From the human T2T-CHM13v2.0 reference genome, Homo sapiens, in assembly GCF_009914755.1 (NCBI RefSeq), contig NC_060933.1: a DNA stretch of 64,000 nt; one strand, given 5' to 3'. The notes under the pieces were generated by a model that ran no database searches, was not told the DNA's origin, and worked only from the letters and a program-made list of their open reading frames with translations. Within the stretch, counting starts at the first letter, position 1, and each line of letters starts with the position of its first letter. The translations under genes were made by a program, and so were the position numbers. Positions 40,812-55,460 of this stretch are shown in pieces.

Positions 40812-42979
40812 AGTGAGAGCCGGGAACACGGGTGCCCCCAAACCTTACAACCGCCAGGCCCTCGTCTCTGAGGCATCCTCTTTGCCATCGCCCCTGCCCC
40901 GGGGCTACCGCTCATTGTTCCACTCTCTATCAGGAGAAAGAACTGTGAAAAAGCAGCAAATGAACCAAGCTGGGGCCGACAGTCCAGCGGATCCCAGCAA
41001 GACAACGCATTCCCAAAGGCATCGCTGCAGGTGCACTGTGAGGTCAGGGCGCCCTCCGGGACCAAGCTGGGCCACAAAGTTCTTATCTGTGGGGGTTTTC
41101 ATCATCTCTCAGTTTAAATTCTCAATCTTCCTGCCTGCACTGGCCACCTGCTCCTTGGTCTCTGGCAAGGTCTCCACACTGGACAGAGGCCCAGGGGAGC
41201 TGGGGGACCCCACTGGAGCCTCACTCCCTGCAGGCTGACCCTGAGTGCCGGCCACGGGAGCCTCTGACTCCCACATGCATGGGAGGAGTCATGAAAGTGG
41301 CTCCTCAAAGCCTCTCCCCCAAATCATGTCTCCGCTTAATAGCGGCCGCCAATTATTTCCCAAGCCAGGGGATCAAGGACTTATCTGCGGAGAAAACGGG
41401 AAGTAAAGTGCATTCTTTTCCTGTTCACTAGGAGTCAGTGAACGCCCTGCTGACTGGCACAGAAAAGGGAGGTGCCCAGTATCCAGGCCAGGCTCTTTCC
41501 TCCCCCAGCCCCGGCATGTGGCGCTTTGTCTGCCTGACTCTGTAATACCCTTTGTGGAACGCAGGAGTCCCGAACCCAGAGAGGAGCTGCAGCCTCCCTG
41601 AGGGAAGAAGAACTCTCATAAGTAAAGCTCAGGGACCACCTACTCCACACTGGCTGGTGCCAGGCTCCCCGGGGACAGAGCCAACGGGGCAGGAGGCCGT
41701 CATGGGAAGGGTGCTCGAGCCGGCCTTGGAGAAGCCCAGGAGGATGGTGAGCACAGAGGCAGGAGGGCGTGCTTGGAGAGGAACGGTGACCACAGGTCTG
41801 CCGCCTTGCAATGCGACGCCTGCCTGGGAGCGCAGGTGAGGGAGCAGGGGCCTCCACTGGCCCACACCCGGCACACATCACGGGCGGCCCCAAGCTCTCC
41901 AGGTGGGAGCTGCTGAGCGCTTTTAGTTAGCCCAACACGGACCAAGGCCACCTCGGCTTCATTCACCAAGCGGTCCCCAAGAAACAATCACTGCAGTCCA
42001 ACAGAATAGTCAACCTTTTGATCTCAGAGGAGTGTCCATTAAGAGTAGGGTTCCTCACTCTCAGAGCAGACCTCCCAGGGACCCCCGGCCAGGACTCAAG
42101 CCGGCCAATGAGGGCTGAAGCTTCGGCCTGTGACCAAGACACCATGGGCAGTGGAATGAGCAACGTGCAGTTTTGCACCCAGAAACTGGTCAGGCTTCTG
42201 ATGGGAACGGAGGTTGGGAACACCAGCATCTGGGGCTGCAGACCAGAGGGCCCTGGAATCCCCTTCTCCAACCCAGTCGGGTTTCAGTGACCCAAGGTCA
42301 GAGGCATGGAGGGAGCCCTTTCCCACCCCCCGCTCAACAGGAACACAGCTGCTTCACCTCTCTGGGGTCTATAATGCCCTCTGACCTCACAAAGACCCAC
42401 GGGGCTGGTTTGGGAGGCCCAGCCCAGGTGCTCCAGTCCCCAGAGCACGCATAAGCCTCAGCCAGTTTTACTTCCCATTGCAAACCCCTAGCCGGTTTGC
42501 CTGCGAACTCCCAAGCCAGCTGCAGAAAAGACACAGGACACAACCACGGCCCAGTGGCTCAGGGAGAAGACCCGGGCTTGCATGATGTACACCAGGGAGC
42601 CCACAGGAGCAGAGTGGCCCCTCGTTCTGGTGGCCACGCAGGCCTAGGCTGGGAACAGGGAGACCCTCACCGTGAGCCTCATCCACCCAGAGGGTGCCCC
42701 CACCCTGACTCCTCACCCCACGGTGGCCCCTGCCAGAACCCAGCATCATCCCCCATGCCGGGTGCTGGGGACCCTCTTCCTGAATGGTCCTCAGCCACCA
42801 CCATCCCCACCTTGATGGCCTCATGGAAGCCAGAGGCTTAGCACTGACATAGCAAAGCCAGCTGGCTCAGCACTGGGGGTGGAGGGAATGAGCAGACAGA
42901 ACCCCACAGGAGTTCCAACCCCACCCTGCCCACCAGCTCCTCTATGGGACCCTCCTGGGCACAGAGGGGGATGAAGGGG

Positions 42980-43090
42980 TAACAGGTAAGGATCTCAAGA
43001 TGAGGCCACCCAGGATCAGGGTGGACCCCAGATTCAATGACCAGTGTCTTCTGAAGGCAGGAGGGAGATGCAGGGAAGCCCCATCTTCTA
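42980..43090 (+). mobile_element. MLT1 fragment
   Basis: GTAAGGATCTCAAGATGAGG...ATTCAATGACCAGTGTCTT matches the MLT1 core. Confidence 0.55.
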
Positions 43091-44439
43091 GGAGGGCCTG
43101 GACTTGAGCTCCACACTCAAGTTGGCCAGCAGAGTCCAGCCATGCCCACAAGCAGCTCTCAAAGTGGCAGTCCCCTGTCAGCTGGGGTAACCAAGGTAGG
43201 CTTTCTATCCAGAGGCAGAGGGGTGCGGGTGTCCCTGCAGAGAGGAGCTGGTGGGAGGAGCTGGGTCCTCCCTACTCCCCTGGGTCTTGAGGGGCTGCTC
43301 ATCCCCCAGCCCAGGGCACCTGGGCTGCTGCGGGGGTCCTGCAGATCAGGGTACCCTGGGACGCCCACCCAGGCCTGGCTCCAGCTCTCCAAGCACAGTT
43401 AGCAGAAGCCCCTCCCCGCCCCACCCCCCACAAAGCTCCCGGTGCTGGGACTCGGGGGGCTGTGAACACCAACATTTTAGTGATAATTTCATCAACATTA
43501 AGGAAATTGAAAGCACCATTTGATTTGAGCTCTACCGAGTGCATTAATTCCTTGAATGGTTTTCGAGATATCATTGTTTGATTTTGCAGGTTTCAACTTT
43601 CCCTTTTATGTTATTAAGAGTATCTTTTCTGCTTCAAAACCACATTGAGCGCTTGGCTCCATTCCTAGGTTTTCCCCAGACCTCTGACCTTCCTCCCTCC
43701 TGAGGTTCTTTCATGGCTGCTAAAAGTCTTCTTTTTCCAGAGCAAATTTTGCAAATCTCAATTTCGCCAAGAGGTTTGACTTTTCATCCACTTTAGTCAA
43801 TAATGTGATTGGGTACAGCTTTATTAACAGTCACTTTTATTTTGGACTGATTATTTCTACCAATAAGCATCTTAGAACTTAATTAAAGGTGGTCATTATG
43901 TCTTGGAGCAAAGGCCCTTTGCACAGAAACTGGGATGGTGCCCGGCAGAACTCGGGGTCGAAGCTACAAGAGCTTCCCCAGGACCCAGCACCAGGAGGCT
44001 CTGTGAAGACAGTATTCCTCTAGTAAGTATCAATTAATGATCAATCAATCAGGGATCGGAGCCCTCAGCAGAGTCAGCAGCCCAGGATTACTAGCACGGT
44101 CAGGAAGACCCAGGAAACGCCACTGACCAGAACCAAGGGAGAGAGGGCACAGAGGCCATCAAGCAGGGAGGGCTGGGGGCACCCAGGGTGGGCAGAGACG
44201 GTGCAGCCTGTCCTCATAAGCTGGCTCGCTAAGGGTGTGTGTCAACAGAGAGCCTGCACGTGAGCTCCACACTCCAAGTCGGCCAGCAGGGTCCAGTCAT
44301 GCCGACAGGCAGCTCTCAGGGTGGCTATCCCTGTGTTGGGGGTAACCAAGGTAGGCTTTCTACACAGCAGGGCTGTGGGCATCCAATCAAAAGGGCTTGG
44401 TCTGGTCAACTCCAGAACTTCCAAGCACCAGAAAGCCAT

Positions 44440-44651
44440 TGAAACAAGAATATAAAACGCCACGTTGTATCACATCCAAGGACTGTCACACGTGAAACAT
44501 GGCATGATTTTATGTATCGCCAGGGGAAAAAATGCCCGTGAAACTCTAATTATGCCTCTGATTACAAGGCTTCCATGACCCACTCTGGCTTCAGAGATGT
44601 CAGAACATGCAAGGAAAACTATGTCATCTTGGAATCAATGAAATAAAGTAC
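44440..44651. mobile_element. Probable old non-autonomous DNA transposon (MER96B-like)
   Basis: Ends ...TCTTGGAATCAATGAAATAAAGTA, resembling the recalled MER96B terminus. Confidence 0.4.
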
Positions 44652-44820
44652 ATGGAAAACCATTTAGGATAGGCAAGGATATGAGAAAAGCTGAGTCCTA
44701 AATGGAAAGTATAGCACAGCCCAGTTCTGTAAATCAAACAGGAGTGCCCACAATTAAATGTAAATAGCTCTCCTCTAGGTGATAAGAAGACTAGTAAACT
44801 TTAAAAAAAATTATTCATTC

Positions 44821-44823
44821 ATA

Positions 44824-44872
<49 letters not shown>
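44821..44872. repeat. (TA)n microsatellite
   Basis: Near-perfect TA run. Confidence 0.95.
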
Positions 44873-44875
<3 letters not shown>

Positions 44876-44877
44876 TA

Positions 44878-45107
44878 GGCCAGGTATGTTGGCTCATGCC
44901 TGTAGTCCCAGCACTTTGGGAGTCCAAGGTGCAGATTATGTGAGCCCAGGAGTTCAAGACCAGTCTGAGCAACATGGCAAAACCCTGTCTCTACAAAACA
45001 TACAAAAATTGGCCAGGCGCAGTGGCACACGCCTGTAGTCCCAGCTACTAAGGAGGCTGAGGCAGGAAAATGGCTTGAGCCTGGGAGTTCAAGGCTGCAG
45101 TGAGCCC
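44878..45107 (+). mobile_element. AluJ-like element, 3'-truncated, bounded by (TA)n tracts
   Basis: The Alu stops after GCTGCAGTGAGCC and runs into TA/CA low-complexity sequence at about 45110-45300. Confidence 0.9.
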
Positions 45108-46003
45108 TGATATATATATATACACATATGTATATACACACACACACAAATACATGTATTTACATTTGTACAAATATATACACACAAATATATGTATTTA
45201 CATTTGCATAAATATATATAATACACATATTTATGTATATAACATATATAATTTTGCATGCGTATGCTTTTTATAATGGATGTCATATATGTATAATGAA
45301 AAATACATTTTAGCACAACATAAAAATTATAGGCCAATACCCTAACGAACATAGATGCAAAAATCATCCACAAAATCCTAGCAAACCAAATCCAACAACA
45401 CAATATAAAGACCCCTTACCATGATCAAATGGGATTTATCCCAGGAATGCAAGGATGGCTCAACATACAGAAATCAATAAACATGATATATCACATCAAC
45501 AGAAGGAAGAACAAAAACCATATGATCATCTCAACAGATGCAGAAAAAGCATTTGATAAAATTCAATATCATTTTGGGATAAAAACCCTCAAAAATCTAG
45601 GTACAGAAGGAGCACTCCTCTACACAATAAAGGTCATACATGAGAAACCCATAGCTAACATTATACTGAATGGGGAGAACCTGAAAGCTTTTTCTCTAAG
45701 AACTGGAACAAAATAAGGGTGCCCACTTTCACCACTCTTATTCAACGTAGTACTAGAAGTGCTAGCCAGACCAATTAAACACAGGAAAGAAATAGAGGGC
45801 CTCCAAATTGGAAAGCAGGAAGTCAAACTGTCCCTGTTTGCAGACATGATCTTAGATATAGAAAACCCTAAAAGCTCCACCAAAAAAACCTAGAACTGAT
45901 AACAAATTCAGTAACATTGCAGGATACAAAATTAACATATAGAAAACAGTAGCATTTCCATACACCAACAATGGACTAGCAGAATAAAAAAAAAATCAAG
46001 AAA

Positions 46004-46310
<307 letters not shown>

Positions 46311-47198
46311 TCAAGAAAGCAATACCATTTATAACAGCTACAAAATAATTAAAATTTCTAGGAATAAATTTAACCAAGGAGGTGAAAGATCCCTACAAGA
46401 GAAACTGTAAAACACTGATTAAAAAAATTCAAGCAGTCACCAAAAATGGAAGACATCCCATGTTCATGCATTCGAAGAATTAATAATTTGAAAATGACCA
46501 CACTACCAAAATATCTATAGATTAAATGCAATTCCTATCAAAATACCAATGACATTCTTCAAAGAAATAGAAAAAACAATCCCAAAATACATATTGAAAA
46601 CACAGAAGACCCTGAAGTGCCAAAGCAATCCTGAACAAAAACAACAAAGCTGGAGGCATCACACTACCTGACTTCAAAACACACTACAAAGCTACAGCAA
46701 CAAAAGCAGCATGATACTGGCATAAAAACAAAACACATACCTAGACCAATGGAATAAAACAACCCAGAAATGAATCCACACATTTACAGTCAACTCATTT
46801 TCAACAAAGGCACCAAGAACATTCAGTGGGGAAAGAACAATCTCTAATAAATGGTGATAGGTAAACTGCATATCCATATGCAGAAAAATGAAACTAGACT
46901 TCCATGTCTCCCCATATGCAAGAATCAAATCAAATGGGATTAAAGACTTACCCATAAGACCCAAAACCATAAAACTACTGAAAGAAAACATTGGGGAAAT
47001 GCTTCCGGACATTGGTCTGGGCAAAGATTTTTTGGGTAAAACCTCAAAAGCGGACAGAACAAAACGAAAAATAGACAAATGGGATTACATCAAGCTAAAC
47101 GCCTCCACACAGCAAAGCAAACAATCAACAGAGTGAAGAGAAAACCTACAGGATAGGGGAACAAATCTGCAAACTATTCATCCGACAAGGGATTTTTA

Positions 47199-47883
<685 letters not shown>

Positions 47884-48447
47884 TTAAACGGGTAAATAAT
47901 CTGTTATTAAGACATTTCTCAAAAGACATACAAATGGCCAACGGGCATGTGAAAAAATGCTCAACATCACTAATCATCACAGGAATGCAAGCCAAAACCA
48001 CAACGAGATACCATCTCACCCCAGTTATAATAGCTATTATCAACAAGAAATCAACAGATGCTGGCAAGGATGTGGAGAAAGGGGAACACTAGTACACTGC
48101 TGGTCAGAACGTAGACTAATACAGCCACTATAGGAAACAGTACAGAGGGTCCTCAAAAAACTAAAAAGAGATCTGCCTGATCCAGCAATCCTACCACCAG
48201 GCATGTAAACAAAAGAAAGGAAATCAGTGTTTGAGATATATCTGCACTCCCACCTTTACCGTAGCACTATTCACAATCAACCTAAATATCAGTGAATGAA
48301 TGGATAAAGAAAATGTGACATATATACACAATAGAATACTATTCAGCCATGAAAAAGAATAAAATCCTGTCATTGCAGCAATGTGGATGGAACTAGAGGT
48401 CATTGTTAAGTGAAAAAAGCCAGACACAGAAAGCTAAATATCATATG

Positions 48448-48756
<309 letters not shown>

Positions 48757-49080
48757 CTAAATATCATATGATGTCTCTCTCATATGTTAAAGCTAAAAAA
48801 GTTGACCTCATGGAGGGACAGAGTGGAATGATGGACATCAGAGACTGGGTGGGGCGACAGGAAAGTGAAGAGAGATTGGTTAATGGGGGCAAACATGCAA
48901 TTAGACAGGAACGAGTCCTAGTGCTCAGAAGCACGGCAGGAGGATTACAGTTAACGATAACTTCTTGCATATTTCAAAATAACTAGAAGAGAGGACGTGA
49001 AATGTTCCCAACACAAAGAAATGCCACATGTTTGGGATCATGGGCATCCTAATGACCCTCATTTCATCATTACACACGGT

Positions 49081-49160
49081 ATATGTGTATTAAAGTGTCA
49101 CACATACCCCATAAACAATGGCATATGTGTATCAAAGTGTCACACATACCCCATAAACAA
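49081..49160. repeat. 42-bp tandem duplication inside the L1 3'UTR
   Basis: ATATGTGTAT(T/C)AAAGTGTCACACATACCCCATAAACAA at 49081 and 49123. Confidence 0.9.
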
Positions 49161-49931
49161 CGTACAATTATTATGTACCAATTAAATAAATAAATAATAC
49201 ATTTGAAAAGGTTGTGGGGGGGAAAAACACCACCAAAAGGCAAGAGAGGCTCAGAGATGCAGTTGTCAAAGCTCTGGTACCACCCATGCACCAGGCAACA
49301 TGAAGAGGAAGAGAAACGCGCTCGGGGCCAGTCCCATGGTCCCCAGGGTCCCTACCCATGGGGCCATCCCCGGGGGCCTGGACAGAGCTGCCGGTCCTCT
49401 AGAGCCTACACGACCCGGGCTCTGGGGCTGCCTGGGGACATCCTCCAGCCACACACTGACCCATCACAGAGCCTTGTAGCCGGGAGAGAGAGCCACCATC
49501 GGCCTCTGCCTCTCGTGCAGCTTCAGACCATGGCACTGTCCTCTGTCAGCCCTGGGCTCACTCCTGGGACCTGCCGGGGTAGGGCCCTGTCCCCAGCTCA
49601 GATCTGGAGGGTGTCTCGAGACCCCCGGCTGGCTGGCTCAGCGGCTCGCGACAGCACAGCCACCCTCGGTTGCAGCAAATGTGCCTCACTGAGAACCACC
49701 ACGAGGCTATTTCCCGATTAAAGCTTTAACAGATCAATAGCAATAAGTGAGTCCCCCAAAAATCAATCTAAGGCAGTGCCCTTTTCTAAGAAAAACCACT
49801 CTTTCCACAGGCAAAAACCACTTAAAAATAAGAGACAACTGTTTTGGGTTTTGAGGCAGTTTGGCCGGGTGTCGGTGAAAGCCGTCTAGTTGCCTGAGAT
49901 GAATCCCACATGCCGGGATTCACACTTCCCC

Positions 49932-50015
49932 CGAGAGCTGGATTCCACCGTGCCCGCCGGGCCTGCGAGGACGAGAGCTGGATTCCACCGTGCCCGCCGG
50001 GCCTGCGAGGACGAG
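49932..50015. repeat. Perfect 40-bp tandem duplication (CpG-rich)
   Basis: CGAGAGCTGGATTCCACCGTGCCCGCCGGGCCTGCGAGGA at 49932 and 49972. Confidence 0.95.
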
Positions 50016-53000
50016 CCTCTGCACCTGCTTCCCTCCTGCCGGATGAACTGCGGCTTCTCACGGCTGCGCTGCTGGCATGGTAGAGAATACAACGAACAGG
50101 GAAGGAGGGAGGATCTGGAATTCAGTCTGTGCCAATCAGACGTCTCTCTCCAGGGATCTGACAGTGCCAGAGGCTGCTAAGTTTGGTCACTCCCAGGCTG
50201 GGGCCAGACCCACCAAGACCACTGACCTCCCACCTTCAAGTCCAGCAAACCTGGACACCAACCAGCATCAGCACCACTGAGACAAGAAGCCTGAGGCCAA
50301 CCAGGGAACCTCAGGGGTGGAGCTGAAACACCCCAACCCTGACCAGAGCGGATTCCAGGAAGGCTGCTGGGAGAACCCAGACATCCCTGCAACCTTGGCC
50401 AGTGGGGGACTTGAACCCCTAGGGCCAACTCCAGATGAGCCCCACTGTCCATCGCACTGCTCAAGCCTGACCCCAGAGCACCCTCTTCATCACCCAAGTC
50501 CAATCCACCCCAAGCCCACCCACTCCTCCTGCGCTCCAGCGGGGCCGTCCATCTCTCTCCATTCCCACTTCTCTCCCCACCCCCCAGCCTGGACACCCCC
50601 ATCTGCCTCTGCCCCAGCCTCTGGGGCTCCAGGCCTCCCTCTCCAGGTGTCCCTGTAGTGCGGACACAGTGGAGCTTTCCAAAGCCAAATCTGAGCACGC
50701 CACATCTGCACCAACCCTGCCCAGGGTTCCCTGGCACACCCAGGATGAAGCCGGCCCTGCCTCCCTGCAGCCTTCAAGGCAGTGACTCAGAGTTCCTGCC
50801 ACCCCCCAGACGTGCAGGGTGGTCTGCACCCCCTGGCCTCAGCACCCGCTGCTCCTGCCATCCTGGTCCTCCACCCTCCCTGCCCACTCAACAGCTCCCA
50901 CAATGGCCACACTCCTCCCGCTCCCCTCAGACTCTGCAGGACTCCTTGAAGGAGAGACCGAGTCTCAACCATCTCTCCCTTGCCCCAAGGGCCAATCACT
51001 CACAAGTGCCAGGTCCTCGGCTCCCTGGGCACAGGAAGGCCTGGGGAAGGGCCCCACCCGATGACCCCACACAGCAAGCGATGTGAGGAAAACCCCCGCC
51101 CGCCATGTCTTGAAAATACAAGTCTCGTAAAAAGGCAGTTTCCCAAGCGGAGGCTGGGGGATGGCACCACGTTCGGTGCTTGCTGGGAGCCAGGGACCTT
51201 GGCCCACACGAGGCCACCGAGGCTCACGGGACCTCACCAGACCTCACCTGACCACCCCCACAGCCCGTTCTACAGAGGAGCCCACAGAGGTGTGGCAGTG
51301 GCGATCATGAGGCTGTCCACGGCACCCACAGCCCTCTGGTTGGTGTACCTGGTCCCTTTGACAGACACATGTGGGGCTGTAGAGATGGGGGCGGCTCCTT
51401 CCCTGGGCCCAGCCTTGCTGGCCCAGCACCTCCAACTTCGAAGCCCAGCCCCAGCCTCTGGCCTAGCTACCAACAAGAAAGCTGCCTCTCCTCAGGCCCC
51501 AGGGGCAGGCAGCAGAAAGCCTCGGGCCTGTCACCTGCCCCACAGCCTCTCGTGTCAAATGGTCTCGTCTGTCCATCTGCAGGGCAGCCCTGACCTAGCA
51601 GGCCACTCCTCAATCACAGTAAATGCAAACGGCTTCTGTACTCTTGCTTTAATCTACAGCCTGGCTCTCCCTGGTTAACAGATGTTTCGTTTAAGCAGCT
51701 AAATTACCACAAAATACACCCAAAGAGATGACAGGCCAATTTCTCCCAAGGTTCATTTGCATGAGAAGGGAATGGTGTGTGAAAATTCTATCTTTTCCTT
51801 TTTGAAATAAAAAATATATATGTATTACAGGTGCAAGTCACAGTATCTCAGGAGCCCGCGGTGCCTCCTGCGGGGAGTGGGGACACCAAGGTCTGGACCG
51901 GGAAGCCCCGGGTTCCACTCCCACCATCGCTTCCCCCAGCGAAGTCAGGCAGAGTCCGTGTGCCCTCTGACCCTCAGTCTCCAAAGCTTGCAGATGGAAC
52001 AGTCGTAACTGCTGCTGTGAGGCCTGTCGGGGGCAGGGAAAGCCCTCTGGGGGTCAGACCCACTTGGCCCCTCGGTGTTTAACTGATCCTGATCGTCACC
52101 ATCTGGGTCGCCACGGCAGCCCAGGGGCAGCCGCAAGCAGGCACCGTGGGACCGGTGACTCCACTGTGCCCCAGGAACCCAGGAGGGGGCCACATGTTCT
52201 ACGCCAATGACTCTCTAGCCTAGAAACTGTCCTGGCCAGGCCCACGGCCCACACACACACAGAGGGGCAGCCCAGGAGCCAGCCCACCCCTCCCAGGCCA
52301 CCAGACGGCAACACCAGAGAAAGGCTGGGGGGCCTGAGCTGCTCCACTGGGGAGGTGAGTCGTGACTGTGACACTGGCCTCCTGCCCAGGCCACCCATTT
52401 CATACTGCAAAGGACAACCATGGCCAGCATGTGGAGGCTGCTGACATGAAGGGTCAAGGCCAGCGTGGGAAGGAGCAGGGCAGGACAGGGGCCCCAGGAG
52501 CTGGTCCAGGGTGTGGGCTGAGCCAGTCACGGGTCCCCAGCTGTCAACAAAACCCACAGCCTGGGGCCACCTGCACCACCCGGGTCCTGAATCACAATGG
52601 GGAGGCGGCCAGGGCTTCCCCCAACAGAAAGGGCAACTCCTGGTCCAACAGCATCCCCGTAGAGTGCACAGACCTCTGCAGGCAAAAAAGGCCCCTGGGG
52701 CTGCAGATCCCCGAGCCCTTGGTCACTTCAAAGGGCAGAAAACAACCTCAAGGAAGTGGACGGCATGGCCCGGATTCACCAGAGATGCAGATAGGCACAG
52801 AAGGGAAGTCTTCTGCCCCAGGTCACACAGCGCGGATGCAGACCAAGCCCCAATTCCTGTCCCCAAAGGCCATTCTGATTCATCCATAGCCACACACACC
52901 CACACACACCCCAAAGTCCCAAGAATTCATGCTGCCAAGAATTCGGGCCGCACAGATCAGCCAACCCATAAAACACACACATGACTGCTTCGAAAGGTGA

Positions 53001-55359
53001 GGTTTATGGCCTGGATTTATTGACGTGGTTTTTCACTCCCAGATAAGGCACCTGTCCTCAGCGGGCACGCCCCTCAGCTCCCGCTAACTAAACAGTCAGG
53101 AATTGCTGGGCACCCGTCCGTCCGACCCTTCTCTAAGAACATCTCCAGGCTTGCAGCCCAGGCGCTGCGATGCTGGGGCAGGGCAGGGGTGGGGGAGGCT
53201 CCAGGAACACACTGCGTCATTAGCTAATGCAGAAAAATGGAGATTCACCCAAAGAAAGCAGCGGAGAGCCCATGTCATTATTAAAGGCAAACACTGTCTT
53301 TGCCGCTGGCTCCCGCAGACACATGTAGCCGAGGGGCGGCCCGCCTCCTGCAAGCCTGACCCCCCCTGAGAAACATCTCCTTAAGAAACAGAAGAGGGAA
53401 CTTGTCACCCAGAGCATGGAGCACAGACAGTCAGAGTCATCGGCAGGGCCTCCCGCAAGAGTCCTCACAAAGCAGATCCGAAGGCAGCGGAGGCTCTTGC
53501 CACTCACTCCAGCGAGGGGAACCTGACTGCAGACACCCGCCCAAGCCCTCCTCCCACCCACTCCTGGAGGCGTCAGGCAGAAATGATGGCCCCACTTTAC
53601 AGATGAGGCAACCAAGGCCCAGGCATGATGCAGGTGGCCCGAGATCTCACGTGCCCACTGGACCCATCTTCCTTCATCACTTAACCTGAGTTAGGCACTG
53701 GCTACTCCCATGATGAGGGGTGTCTCACAAGTCCATGGAGAAGCTCCCCATCACCACTTTGAAGATGCTAAGGGAAGGGTGGGAGGCGGAGGAGGCGGGC
53801 ACTGGGGAAGCCGTTGCCTGGAACACCAACCAGCCTCCCTCCTGGAGAGAGATGGGAACGGTAAGGAATCCCCAGGGAGCCCTGCCTTGGTACCAAGGCA
53901 GCGGGCAGTGAAGACCCAGTGCCACGGAGGGCCCAAGGAAGGTCCATGGGCACAGGGGATCTGCAAGCCCCCCTGTCTGCACACAGTTGAAGAGACCTCA
54001 ATGCCACCATCTGTCTGGCATCTGGCCCGCCTGGCCCAGCGCTCAGCCCGCCCAGAGCGTCAACCCCCTGCATCCTCACACCCACTCTGCACAGGAAAAA
54101 CTGGCGCTGTACCGCGAAACTCGGAGTTCAGAAACGTGCCAAAGTCCCACAACCAGGAAAGAACAGGCTTCTTCTGGTGTATGGTAACATCAGCCTCCCT
54201 CCCATGACCCCCGGGCAGGACTGGAGAGTTATCCTGTCACCCCGGCATCCCTATGCCGCTGGCCTCTGGTCCTGACCCTGGAGGTGGGCTCTCCCCGGAA
54301 GGCCATCTGCAAAGGGCAGCGGTGCAGAAAACCACTCCCAGAGAGGAAGGAGACCCAAAGAAGCTGGCGCAGACGAGCTGACAGTGCCCAACCCACGCAC
54401 GCCCTACAGAGAAGGAAGATGACTTCAAAATAACACGACGCTCTCCCTCCCAATTCCAGTGATCAAGGTGGCAGGTGAGGAACCCTAGATACCCCGCACA
54501 AGGGTGACGCCCTCGCCCTTTGTCCCTGGGACATTGCCAGTGTGTGGCTACCCACGCCTACCCACCCATCAACACCCCCATCATGAGAAAGGACACCTGC
54601 GTGTCCCTAAAGAGGAAGACAAAATGCAGGGCCCCCCCAGGCCTTGGGATAAGCATCAAATTCCCACTCAGCTGACTGCTGGGAAAGAACCTCGGGGCAG
54701 AAAAACAACATGGCAATTCAGGAGGAAAATGAGGACGTGGAAGCAGGATCCAGCAGGTCAGAGTCCTGACCCCAGATTACCAGGCCAGGAAGGTGGGGGC
54801 TGGGGTGTTGTGAACCTGTTCCAGAACGCTCCCTTCACGCTCACCTGGCGCACTGTCACGCAGGGCTCAGCTAAAAGGTCACTTCCTCCAGGAAGCCCCA
54901 GACCCTGCCCCACCCACCCGCTGCCACATTCCTGGCAGGGCCCAGCGTCTCCTCACACTCCCTCCACACTGCCTGTGTGGTATCTGCCTGTGTCCTCCTG
55001 GGCCGCAAGCAGGGCTGCCTGTCTGCCCGGAGCCAGGCACGGGGTAGCGGTCAGTAACGCTTGCTGGGTGAGTGAATACCCAGGCCCACCACAACTCCAG
55101 CTCCCTTGCACAAGGGCCTAGACAGGGAGGTGGTCCCAGAACGGCCCACAGTGCCCCTCCAACCTCCAGCCTCCCCTTGAGGCAGCCACTCGCCGGGTGG
55201 GAGTGGACGTCAGGTGAGGTGACCAGGGCACAAAGCAGCACAGTCACATCAGCAGTGGTCTCCGTTTGCTACCTGCTTTTGCGCTGGGCCAAACACACAC
55301 CTGCACCCTGTGTCAGGTGTGACCACTCCACATCCACCCGGGGGACGGGGAGTGCACCA

Positions 55360-55460
55360 CCTTCCTACTGTGGAAATGGGTAAACTGAGGCTCAGAAAGG
55401 TGGAGCAAGTTGCCCAAAGGCATGAGCAAGCTACAGTTTCCAAGCTGGACTTGGAAACAG
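55360..55460. mobile_element. MIR fragment (representative; similar cores near 6920, 9830, 16890, 23815, 25865, 26730, 28160, 32580, 56355, 57680)
   Basis: Recurring MIR core variants of CCCATTTTACAGATGAGGAAACTGAGGC(T/A)CAGA. Confidence 0.6.

Noticed and set aside
40480-43070. Similarity between ~40480-40570 and ~42985-43070 as a local duplication
   Set aside because: Both are explained as MLT1-family LTR sequence.
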